This document shows positions 16,697 to 25,029 of a stretch of DNA of 25,741 bases, in pieces. The translations under genes and the position numbers were made by a program. The notes beneath the pieces are model-generated. The model was not told where the DNA came from. It was given only the letters and a program-made list of their open reading frames with translations, and made no database searches. The stretch spans positions 1 to 25,741 of the forward strand of contig JAWAQK010000035.1 of NCBI GenBank assembly GCA_038893995.1, read 5' to 3'. This stretch comes from Candidatus Thorarchaeota archaeon (lineage in GTDB: Archaea; Asgardarchaeota; Thorarchaeia; Thorarchaeales; Thorarchaeaceae). Each line of letters opens with the position of its first letter. Position 1 is the stretch's first letter.

Positions 16697-18196
16697 TCAG
16701 GGGTAGTGGACCGAGGCCGCCAGAACAGCCCAGTCATATACAGGACCAAATACTGTCCCTGCGGCCACCACCACGACAACTGCAGCAATCAAGACCAGCC
16801 TTGTTGTCCTCGGAACACGGATCTGCACAGAAGCTGTTGATTCCACGAAGTAGCAGTGACGCACCACCCTCAGGTAGTACCCCAGGGAGTAGAGCGTGTT
16901 CACGACACCCGCTACCACTAGCCACAGCAGACCTGCTTCGAATGCACTCAAGAAGAGTGCGAACTTCGACAGGAAACCGACCGTGAATGGCATACCCGCC
17001 AGCGCAAGGACGAGTACAGAGAGACAGGCAGCCAGTATCGGAGAACGTCGGGCAAGACCCGAGAGGTCATCGTAGGTCACCGTCTTGGAGAGTTCTGCGC
17101 CCAGTGTCCATACGGCGATGAATGCAGCGCTCTTGGTCACAGCATGCGCAAATGCCGTATATAGCGCAGCAGCCAGACCTGATGCTGTTCCTGCGGCAAG
17201 ACCCATGAAGAGGTATCCCATCATGGCAATGCTCGAATATGCCAACATCCTTGCTATGCGTCTCTCCGCAAGCGCCAGCACGTTGCCTATCGTCATGGTC
17301 AGCACTGATACCACTGCAAGAACGGCGCCCAACAGTGTCAGCTGAGCGACCACAGGGAATACCATGAATATCCTTACGAGTGCTCCGATTCCTGTCTTCT
17401 TGCTGGCTCCTGCAAGATAACCCGCAACGCTGCCGTCTGCAGTACCGTAGGCATCGGGTACCCACATCCAGCCGGGGAAGATTCCTATCTTGAATCCAAA
17501 CGAGACAATCAGCAGGACAATGGCAACCAGAAGCGAATACGTTCGGTCGTCAATGGGACCAGACCATATCCCAGACACGGCCAGGCCAACTGCATGAAGC
17601 TCGGTCTCGCCCGTTGCGGCATAGATGAGCGTTATACCCAGCAACATCAATGCAATCGAGAGAAGACCCATGATGAAGTACTTCGTTGCCCCGTCAATCG
17701 CGCCCCTGTTCTCGCTCAGTGCGACAAGCACGTAGGTCGGAGTGGCCATGAGCTCAAAGGCCACAAATATCGCGATCAGGTCGTTGGCCATCACGACGAG
17801 GATCGCACCTGCGAACGACACTAGGAACATGAAGTTGTAACAGCCAAGATACTGATGGTGAGCCCTCGATGCGACCAGTACCATGACGCTCACAACAAGG
17901 ACTATCATGATGAAGAAATCCGAGTACACATCTCTGATGTACAGCCGCCCATAGCATTGGAGCGGATAGCTCGAGCTGTCAGTCAGAAGGCATGCCACCG
18001 CTGCCAATACTACACCGAGCACACTGAATGGGAGGGGGTCGCGGTGCAGACCGACACCCAGTGCGAGCAGGGCGAAGAGTACCAGTATGATCACTGGTAG
18101 AAGTCCTATGGCGGCTGGTGTCAGATATGACGAGGCAATTGCCCTGAGCCATGCGATGGCTGAGATGATCGGATCAAGAGGGGACTGCAACATCAT
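16697..18196 (-). CDS. nuoN: complex I-like antiporter subunit N (NuoN/FpoN)
   Basis: FVAFELMA (TM5 Glu), ATKYF, GFKIG..P..MWVPDAY, ASKK, RMLAYSSIA and GMP...GFLSKF (TM12 Lys). ATGA overlap with nuoM. Confidence 0.93.
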   Translation of the reverse strand: MMLQSPLDPIISAIAWLRAIASSYLTPAAIGLLPVIILVLFALLALGVGLHRDPLPFSVLGVVLAAVACLLTDSSSYPLQCYGRLYIRDVYSDFFIMIVLVVSVMVLVASRAHHQYLGCYNFMFLVSFAGAILVVMANDLIAIFVAFELMATPTYVLVALSENRGAIDGATKYFIMGLLSIALMLLGITLIYAATGETELHAVGLAVSGIWSGPIDDRTYSLLVAIVLLIVSFGFKIGIFPGWMWVPDAYGTADGSVAGYLAGASKKTGIGALVRIFMVFPVVAQLTLLGAVLAVVSVLTMTIGNVLALAERRIARMLAYSSIAMMGYLFMGLAAGTASGLAAALYTAFAHAVTKSAAFIAVWTLGAELSKTVTYDDLSGLARRSPILAACLSVLVLALAGMPFTVGFLSKFALFLSAFEAGLLWLVVAGVVNTLYSLGYYLRVVRHCYFVESTASVQIRVPRTTRLVLIAAVVVVVAAGTVFGPVYDWAVLAASVHYP

Positions 18197-19689
18197 GGTA
18201 CAACTCCTGCAATGTCAGACACTGCTTCTGAGATGATGACAAGTATCAGGTCGGGCCACACGCCCAGTGCCACCACAAACACTAGCATCACGGCTGGAGC
18301 CACGAGGTCGCTTAGCGATGCATCAGACATCGCACGGTCCTCCCGACCCTCACTATAGACCATGCGATTGAGCGTCCATAGGAAATAGCCAACCGTCACG
18401 AATATGCCGAACGCGATCAGTCCGGACCAGACGAAGACCTGGATCGAGCCAAAGAGGATCAGGACCTCCGCGACAAACCCGCTGAGCGTGGGGAGCCCGA
18501 ATGCCGCAAGCGATGCAAGTACAAACACCCCTGACAGACGGGGTGCACGTGAGCCTAGGCCTGACACCTCATCGATCATTCGAGATCCAGCAGAGTGCTT
18601 CAATAGACCTGCGACTATGAACAGGACCGAGATGATGGCCCCGTGAGAGAACATCATGAAGACAGCACCAACGATGGCGAGCTGAGACCCTGCGGCGACC
18701 CCCAGCAACACCCATGCCATGTGGTTGATCGACGTATATGCCACCAGTGACTTGAGGTCACCCTGTGCCATTGCAGTGAAGGCCGCGTAGATGCAGGTGA
18801 ACACCGCCAGTAGGGCGAACGGGACTGCAAGACGGAAGAATGCTCCTGCGTTAAGCCAGAGGCCCAGACGTACAAAGGCATAGCCACCCATCTTGAGAAG
18901 AATACCAGCCAGGACGACAGAACCCGGCGTGGGCGCCTTCACATGAGCGTAGGGAAGCCAATTGTGAAACGGCCAGACGGGCAACTTGACTCCGGCACCG
19001 AGGAACACTGCTATCGCAAACAGTACCTGGATCTCGAGTGGCACAGTTGACATGAGTGTCCTGAGTCGCAACATGTCCAGAGAGCCAGCGGTGACAAAGA
19101 CTGCGAAGAATCCGATCAGCATCGCCAGCGAACCGATCTGTGTGTATACGAAGAACTTCACAGCAGCATGTTGAGCCCCCTCCTCGCCCCATTCTCCAAT
19201 CACGAAGAACATTGGAATCAGTACTAGTTCCCAGAACAGGAAGAAGCCTATCAGATTGGTCGAGATGAAGACGCCGACGAGTCCTGTCTGAAGTAGGAGC
19301 ATCAGAGAATAGAATGACTTCTGAGAATGCTCTATGTGACTGGCCGAGAGGATTGCGACAAACATGACCAGGTTTGCAAGCAAGACCAGCACCACCGAGA
19401 TACCATCGACCCCAAGAGTGATGGCAATGGGCTCAGACATGATAGTGCCCATCACCAGGACTGTGTACGTGACCGCCTCATAGGAGTCCAGAGCAGGGTC
19501 AAACACAGACAGCATTGCAAGCGATAGGATCAGCTCAACAAGAGTCGCAGCGACCCCCACGTATCTTGCACGATGCTCCCCTGACATGAAGGCGACAATT
19601 GCACCGAGGAGTGGTAACAACAACAGGAAGGGGAGTGTTCCCATTGGGATCATGTTCAGGAGGTCACGTAGGACTGTTGTCGATTGCAT
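18193..19689 (-). CDS. nuoM: complex I-like antiporter subunit M (canonical copy)
   Basis: LGVDGIS, FWELVLIPMF, AAVKFFVYT, VKLPVWPFHNWLPYAHVKAPT.GSVVLAGILLKMGGY, AYTSINHM and GLP.LSGFVAE. TGATG overlap with nuoL. Confidence 0.94.
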   Translation of the reverse strand: MQSTTVLRDLLNMIPMGTLPFLLLLPLLGAIVAFMSGEHRARYVGVAATLVELILSLAMLSVFDPALDSYEAVTYTVLVMGTIMSEPIAITLGVDGISVVLVLLANLVMFVAILSASHIEHSQKSFYSLMLLLQTGLVGVFISTNLIGFFLFWELVLIPMFFVIGEWGEEGAQHAAVKFFVYTQIGSLAMLIGFFAVFVTAGSLDMLRLRTLMSTVPLEIQVLFAIAVFLGAGVKLPVWPFHNWLPYAHVKAPTPGSVVLAGILLKMGGYAFVRLGLWLNAGAFFRLAVPFALLAVFTCIYAAFTAMAQGDLKSLVAYTSINHMAWVLLGVAAGSQLAIVGAVFMMFSHGAIISVLFIVAGLLKHSAGSRMIDEVSGLGSRAPRLSGVFVLASLAAFGLPTLSGFVAEVLILFGSIQVFVWSGLIAFGIFVTVGYFLWTLNRMVYSEGREDRAMSDASLSDLVAPAVMLVFVVALGVWPDLILVIISEAVSDIAGVVP

Positions 19690-21905
19690 CAGAACACCCC
19701 CATCGCGATGAGACCCAGGATGACTATGAGACCTAGACCGAAAACCATCACAGCCGCATAGTCGTTGACGTGGCCAGTCTGTATTCTCTGTCCCCGTCTC
19801 GAGGCTTCGACGCTCGACGAGGCGATCTCCTCTGCAAGGCCATCGACCACGTGGTCGTCAAACCATCTGATCCGACGTGAGATGGACTTCCCTGCAGATG
19901 CCATTCCCATGTCTATGCCGTCGATTATTGAGTTGTCGACACGCACTCTCCACCACTCGGCAAGGGCCAGGAACTTCCCGACCACCCAATAGTAGAACTC
20001 GTTGATGTACCACCTGTGCCTCAGGAACGTGTACAGGCGTCTTAGAGGTCCGTGATCGGGAATCAGCCTCGGACGCTCATCGGCTCGTCTGACATAGATA
20101 GCGTAGGCTGGAACACCTCCTATAAATAGGGCCAGCATCGTGGCCCCAAAGGGCACGACTCCTGAGGCAGAGAACTTCACAGCCACAGCATCATAGAGTA
20201 GTGAGAGGTAGGCATCGGGTGTCAATGGGCCCGAGTGCTCCAGCAGGGACTGGATGAACGGGAACACTGCAATCGCAATGACTGTGAATGCGGCAAGTAT
20301 GTATAGTGGGACCATCATTATTGGACCTGGATCGTGGGGACTGTCATGGGCACTGTCTGGACTGGACCCATGATGTACGGTCTCGTGCGTGTCTTCGTGG
20401 ACCAACTGTTCACGTCCGTAGAACACCAGACCCATGAGGCGTACGGAGTAGAACACAGTACATCCAGCAGCCAAGACAGACAGGAGGAACAGGATGGTCC
20501 CAATGGGTTCGTGGAGCGCAAGCTCGTATGTGTACTCGATGATCGAGTCCTTCGACCAGAAGCCTGAGAGGGGTGGGACGCCTGAGAGAGCCAAGACCCC
20601 TATCCACATGACCACAAAGGTGCGTGGCATGTACCTTCTCAGTCCTCCCATCTTTGTGACATACTTGGTGTGGACCGCATGAATGACTCCGCCTGCGGCC
20701 AGGAAGAGCAGGGCCTTGAACGCACCGTGACTGACTACATGCAGAACTCCACTCACAAGGGCTGGTTCGTAGTGGGCTGCTAGGAGTCCTCCTGTACCGA
20801 TTGCCAGCATCATGTAGCCGAGCTGGCTCAGGGTCGAGAATGCCAGGATCTGCTTGAGCTCATTGGACACCATGCCCATTGTCGCGGTCATGAACGCAGT
20901 CAGGGCACCGACGACTGCCACGATCATGAAGAATACTGACACTGTCTCGAGTCCGTACAGCTGCAGGGGGACATAATGCTCACCAGACCCACCACCAGAT
21001 GATGCTCCAGCCATAGTGAGCAGGAGCCTGGCGGTCATATACACACCCGCCTTCACCATCGTCGCTGCATGGATGAGTGCGGACACCGATGTTGGACCGG
21101 CCATCGCCTCTGGCAGCCACACCTGCAGAGGCACCTGACCGGACTTGCCCATTGCACCCAGAAACACTAGAACAAGCATCGGGACGAGGATGCCCATCGA
21201 GGCCATCGACTGGAACCAGCCATTCTCCGGGTCTGCGAGCCCTCCTGTGCCGGTGAAGGAGAAGGTACCAGCAAATGAGAACAGGAGCAGAATACCTGCC
21301 AGCATGAACGCATCTCCGAACCGAGTGACCATGAAGGCCTTCGTCCCGCAGTGCGTGTTGTAGTGTCCCTCCGTCCTGAACTGCAACAGGGGATTCTTGT
21401 AGACGACTGGGTCTGCCTCACTCTCCGGTGGGTTCCTCTTGTCGTTCCAGAATCCAATCAGGCCAAAGGAACAGAAGCCCATGATCTCCCAACCCACAAA
21501 GGCAATCAGCAGGTTGTTGCTCAGGACCAGCGTCAGCATCCCGCCTCCAAAGGCCAGCATCAGGAAGAAGAACCGGTCTCGGTCGCCCTCATGAGCCATG
21601 TACTCGACGCTATACACGTAGATCAGAAAGCAGAGCGTGCTCGAGAGCACGGCCATGATCACGGAGAGTGGGTCGAGGAGTACCTCAAACTGGAGACCCA
21701 GTGACGGTATCCATATCCAGGAGGTGGGACCGGTTGGAGAGCCTATCTCTACCAGCAGGGACCAGCAGAAGACCATTGTCACACCCATGATGATGGCTGG
21801 AGTCCAGTCTCTGAGCCCCTGATTCACTCTACCTATCAGGGGGATCAATACGGACCCTGCCAACGGCAAGACGATGATGAGATAGTAGGGTAGTCCGAGC
21901 AGCAT
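19689..21905 (-). CDS. nuoL: complex I-like antiporter subunit L with elongated lateral helix
   Basis: DPLS, GWEIMG, RFGD, GKSGQVPLQVWLPEAMAGPTSVSALIHAATMVKAG, HGAFKALLFL, GFWSKD, WYINEFY and QTG. True start is ATG 21905 after a GGAGGTGA SD. The ORF-track extension to 22223 overlaps the upstream gene. Confidence 0.95.
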   Translation of the reverse strand: MLLGLPYYLIIVLPLAGSVLIPLIGRVNQGLRDWTPAIIMGVTMVFCWSLLVEIGSPTGPTSWIWIPSLGLQFEVLLDPLSVIMAVLSSTLCFLIYVYSVEYMAHEGDRDRFFFLMLAFGGGMLTLVLSNNLLIAFVGWEIMGFCSFGLIGFWNDKRNPPESEADPVVYKNPLLQFRTEGHYNTHCGTKAFMVTRFGDAFMLAGILLLFSFAGTFSFTGTGGLADPENGWFQSMASMGILVPMLVLVFLGAMGKSGQVPLQVWLPEAMAGPTSVSALIHAATMVKAGVYMTARLLLTMAGASSGGGSGEHYVPLQLYGLETVSVFFMIVAVVGALTAFMTATMGMVSNELKQILAFSTLSQLGYMMLAIGTGGLLAAHYEPALVSGVLHVVSHGAFKALLFLAAGGVIHAVHTKYVTKMGGLRRYMPRTFVVMWIGVLALSGVPPLSGFWSKDSIIEYTYELALHEPIGTILFLLSVLAAGCTVFYSVRLMGLVFYGREQLVHEDTHETVHHGSSPDSAHDSPHDPGPIMMVPLYILAAFTVIAIAVFPFIQSLLEHSGPLTPDAYLSLLYDAVAVKFSASGVVPFGATMLALFIGGVPAYAIYVRRADERPRLIPDHGPLRRLYTFLRHRWYINEFYYWVVGKFLALAEWWRVRVDNSIIDGIDMGMASAGKSISRRIRWFDDHVVDGLAEEIASSSVEASRRGQRIQTGHVNDYAAVMVFGLGLIVILGLIAMGVF

Positions 21906-21913
21906 GTTGACCG

Positions 21914-23440
21914 TCACCTCCAGGGTAGTATTCCACTGATGATCTCGACGAGGGGCTTTATGACATCGACCGCCAGCGCTGGAAAGACTCCGAAGATCAG
22001 TGTCAGGACAGCAAGGACGGTCATCGAGAGTGTCATGGAACGGGGAGCCTCGTGGACCTCCTCGAGATCCTCGGGGTGGGGTCCGAGGAACACAGTGGTG
22101 AAGAAGCGCAGCATATATGAGGCACTGAGAATGATACTGGATATTGCCACCACTGAGAGTACCAGGAAGGGAGTATTGCCGGTGGACTCGTACGCATGGA
22201 AGCCCCCGAGAAACATGAGCCACTCACTGGCGAATCCTGCCAGCGGGGGCGAGCCTGCAATGCTCATCGCACCCACAGCTGCCGCGAAGGCCGTCACTGG
22301 CATCTTGTTCGACAGCCCGCCCATTGCGCCTATGTCCCTCAGTTGTGTCTGGTGGATGACGGCGCCAGCACACATGAAGAGGAGACCCTTAGAGAGAGCA
22401 TGACTGACGAGATGAAACAGACCTCCCGTGACGCCTGACACGGTGAATACTCCAATCGCAAAGAGGACGTATCCCATCTGAGAGACCGATGAATAGGCCA
22501 GCAACCTCTTGATGTCTCTCTGTGCGAGAGCCATGATTCCGCCATAGAACATGGTCAACACACCAAGCATGGCGACCCAGAACGACAGGTCTATGGCAAC
22601 TGAGCTGAGGATGATTGTGTTGAATCTGACCATTGCATAGGCACCGGTCTCGATCATTGCACCAGACAGCAGGACGGATATTGGAGTTGGAGCCTCTGCG
22701 TGGACGGGTGGCAACCACCAATGTAGTGGAAAGACGGCCATCTTGACAAGGAACCCCGCAGCAAGAAGGACGTAGATGACCTTCAACGTGGTCAGAGAGC
22801 CAGTCAGGGCTGGAACGACAGTCTGGATGACCTGCATGTCGAGTGTGAGTGTACCTGTCTGAACGGACACTAGGTACGCGATCATACCGAATCCAATCAG
22901 TATGGTCACAGCACCTGCCTGTGTATACAGCCAGAACTTGATCGCAGTCCGTGTCCTCGTCTCGGGGACTCCCCAGAACAGGATCAGGAAGTACGTTGGA
23001 ACCAGCATGATCTCCCACGCGATAAAGAACTCCACCAGGTTCGTGGCCAGTGTGACCCATTGCATGCCCATGAGGAAGAAGAGATGGTTCGCAAAGAACG
23101 TGGGCCTGTTCTCAGCATGCTCGGTATAGCCCACTGCGTAGGTCACCGACGTCAGCCCGAGGACCACCACTGCGAGCGTCACTGGAAATGAGATGCCGTC
23201 TAGTCTGAGCCCAAACTCTCCAAGGATGGTTGACCATCTCAGCCCCTCGTAGGCAGTGCCTCGTTCCACCATGACACGGAAGAACGGAGGGACCATCAGG
23301 AACGTTGCGATGAGCGAGACCGTACTCGCAACAACTCCACAACCATGTCCCAGACGACCCTTGGCGAGGTATATCCCGAGCCCTCCCAGGAATAGCACTG
23401 CCAGTGACAGACCCATGAATGGTATCTCGACCAGCTGCAT
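21914..23440 (-). CDS. nuoM: second NuoM-like antiporter subunit (M'; NuoM/MrpD/HyfB-type)
   Basis: LRLDGIS, FIAWEIMLVP, AIKFWLYT, VKMAVFPLHWWLP..HAEAPTPIS, KRLLAYSSVSQMGY and PPLAGFASEW (M-type TM12 Glu). Start ATG 23440 via TGATG overlap with nuoI and a GGAGG SD. Confidence 0.88.
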   Translation of the reverse strand: MQLVEIPFMGLSLAVLFLGGLGIYLAKGRLGHGCGVVASTVSLIATFLMVPPFFRVMVERGTAYEGLRWSTILGEFGLRLDGISFPVTLAVVVLGLTSVTYAVGYTEHAENRPTFFANHLFFLMGMQWVTLATNLVEFFIAWEIMLVPTYFLILFWGVPETRTRTAIKFWLYTQAGAVTILIGFGMIAYLVSVQTGTLTLDMQVIQTVVPALTGSLTTLKVIYVLLAAGFLVKMAVFPLHWWLPPVHAEAPTPISVLLSGAMIETGAYAMVRFNTIILSSVAIDLSFWVAMLGVLTMFYGGIMALAQRDIKRLLAYSSVSQMGYVLFAIGVFTVSGVTGGLFHLVSHALSKGLLFMCAGAVIHQTQLRDIGAMGGLSNKMPVTAFAAAVGAMSIAGSPPLAGFASEWLMFLGGFHAYESTGNTPFLVLSVVAISSIILSASYMLRFFTTVFLGPHPEDLEEVHEAPRSMTLSMTVLAVLTLIFGVFPALAVDVIKPLVEIISGILPWR

Positions 23441-23871
23441 CACCTGAACCTCCTTCCACGCCACCTGAGAGGCTCGCGATCAAGCGTCGCCATCCTATCA
23501 GGCCCGTAGACCAGGTCCTCACGTTCACCCTCACTCAGGTCGGTGACCGGTGTGTGGAACAGTGCATTGAACCTACAGGCCTGAACGCAGAGCCCGCAGA
23601 AGATGCACCGAGTGTAGTCAAAGTACAGGGCGGCGTCCTTCTCGAACTTCCGGTCGCTCTTGTCAATCCGAATTGCGACGTTGGGGCAGGCACGTACACA
23701 CTGGGCGCAGGCCGTGCAGTTCTCCCTGATATGTATGTGCCGTCCTCTTGTACGAGCAGGGTAGTAACGGTCCTCGTACGGATAGAGATTCGTGATGGGC
23801 CGCTCGAATATCTGACGGAATACGTGCCTCAGGACATGAAATATGTCGCCCAGTGCCTTGAAGAACGTCAA
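23440..23871 (-). CDS. nuoI: complex I-like subunit I, 2x[4Fe-4S] ferredoxin
   Basis: T.LYPYE...P.R.RG.H, CTACAQCVRACP and CIFCGLCVQAC. TTG start after a GGAGGTGGGTGA SD. Confidence 0.93.
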   Translation of the reverse strand: MTFFKALGDIFHVLRHVFRQIFERPITNLYPYEDRYYPARTRGRHIHIRENCTACAQCVRACPNVAIRIDKSDRKFEKDAALYFDYTRCIFCGLCVQACRFNALFHTPVTDLSEGEREDLVYGPDRMATLDREPLRWRGRRFR

Positions 23872-23874
23872 TTC

Positions 23875-25029
23875 TCACCCACCTCCTGTCACAATGGCGA
23901 TCAGCCACGGATTGTAGGCAAGCACCAACAGAGTCACGGCGAGGTTCAGGATTGAGAGCGGAAACAGGTATTTCCAGGAGTAGTAGACGACCTGATCCTG
24001 TCGGATCCTGAAGAATGAGGACGTCAGTATCACAAAGAAGAACATCACTATGAGGGTCTTCACCATGAAGTTCACCACGGGCGGCAGAAAAGGCAGTCCG
24101 TAGGAGCCACCCAGGAACAGTGCCACGGTCATGGCTGAGAACAGGAACTGCTTTGCAAATTCAGCAAAGTACGTCAGGGTGAAGTAGATCCCCGAGAACT
24201 CGGTTCGCCACCCGAAGATGATCTCCGAGTCAGCAACCGGAGCATCGAAGGGAACCAGTCCGGTGACAGCCTCTGCGCTGACCAGAAACGTGACGCAACT
24301 CACAGGCAGAAGGAACACGTACCAGACGTTGCTCTGGGAGGCTGAGATGTTCATCAGGCTCAGACTACCAGCCAACAATGCGGGCCCCACTGCCGAGAGA
24401 ATGAGGGGGATCTCTGCGGCAAATTGGTTGTTTGCGGCCCTGAAGCCCCCGACGACCGTATACTTGGAGCCACAGAACCAACCTGACAGCAGGGAGACTA
24501 CGGGTACAGCCGTCAGAAACGCAAAGACCAGTAGGAGACTCACTGAGAGGTCAGCAATGTACCACTCATTGTCCCAGGGGATGAAGGCAAATGGGATCAG
24601 GACGACCGCGAGGAGCATTGACGGTAGAAGTCGATACATCCACCGCCTTGCACCAACGGGGATAATGGTCTCCTTTGACACAAGCTTGATGGCGTCCGCG
24701 AATAACTGCAGACCGCCGAACTTGCCCATGTGATATGGTCCGCGTCTTGCCTGGATCCGACCCCAGAGCTTTCTCGTGAACCAGACTGCATAGATTATCC
24801 CCAACACGATGAATACCAGACCTGGGAACACTATGGACTTGAACAGGAACCAGAAGTTGTCGATGGCGAGTCCCCAGATCCAGACGAATACGCCCCAGGC
24901 CCAGACGAAGACTCCGTGGAGGACCGAATACAGCCACGTTATGATCCCCCATATCCAGTCTGGAATGCCACGCAGCCACTGAAAGATGTCAAACTGAAGT
25001 GGTGCCATGCTCTGAATACCGTCCGTCAT
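23875..25029 (-). CDS. nuoH: complex I-like subunit H (NuoH/FpoH) with Trp-rich N-terminal extension
   Basis: VFPG, RK..GRIQ.RRGP, GGLQLFADAIKL..KE, SKY...GGFRAA, PFD...SEI..G..TEFSG and FRIRQDQ. ATG 25029 overlaps the nuoD stop (ATGA). Confidence 0.92.
   Translation of the reverse strand: MTDGIQSMAPLQFDIFQWLRGIPDWIWGIITWLYSVLHGVFVWAWGVFVWIWGLAIDNFWFLFKSIVFPGLVFIVLGIIYAVWFTRKLWGRIQARRGPYHMGKFGGLQLFADAIKLVSKETIIPVGARRWMYRLLPSMLLAVVLIPFAFIPWDNEWYIADLSVSLLLVFAFLTAVPVVSLLSGWFCGSKYTVVGGFRAANNQFAAEIPLILSAVGPALLAGSLSLMNISASQSNVWYVFLLPVSCVTFLVSAEAVTGLVPFDAPVADSEIIFGWRTEFSGIYFTLTYFAEFAKQFLFSAMTVALFLGGSYGLPFLPPVVNFMVKTLIVMFFFVILTSSFFRIRQDQVVYYSWKYLFPLSILNLAVTLLVLAYNPWLIAIVTGGG

Noticed and set aside
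20331-20399. His-rich loop in NuoL (HEDTHETVHH...HDSPHD) as a novel metal site
   Set aside because: His-rich low-complexity loops before the 'HE/D.P..M..PL' motif are common in NuoL.
21906-22223. 106-aa N-terminal extension of NuoL in the ORF track (844 aa)
   Set aside because: It overlaps the M' coding region in another frame, and a strong GGAGGTGA SD supports ATG 21905.
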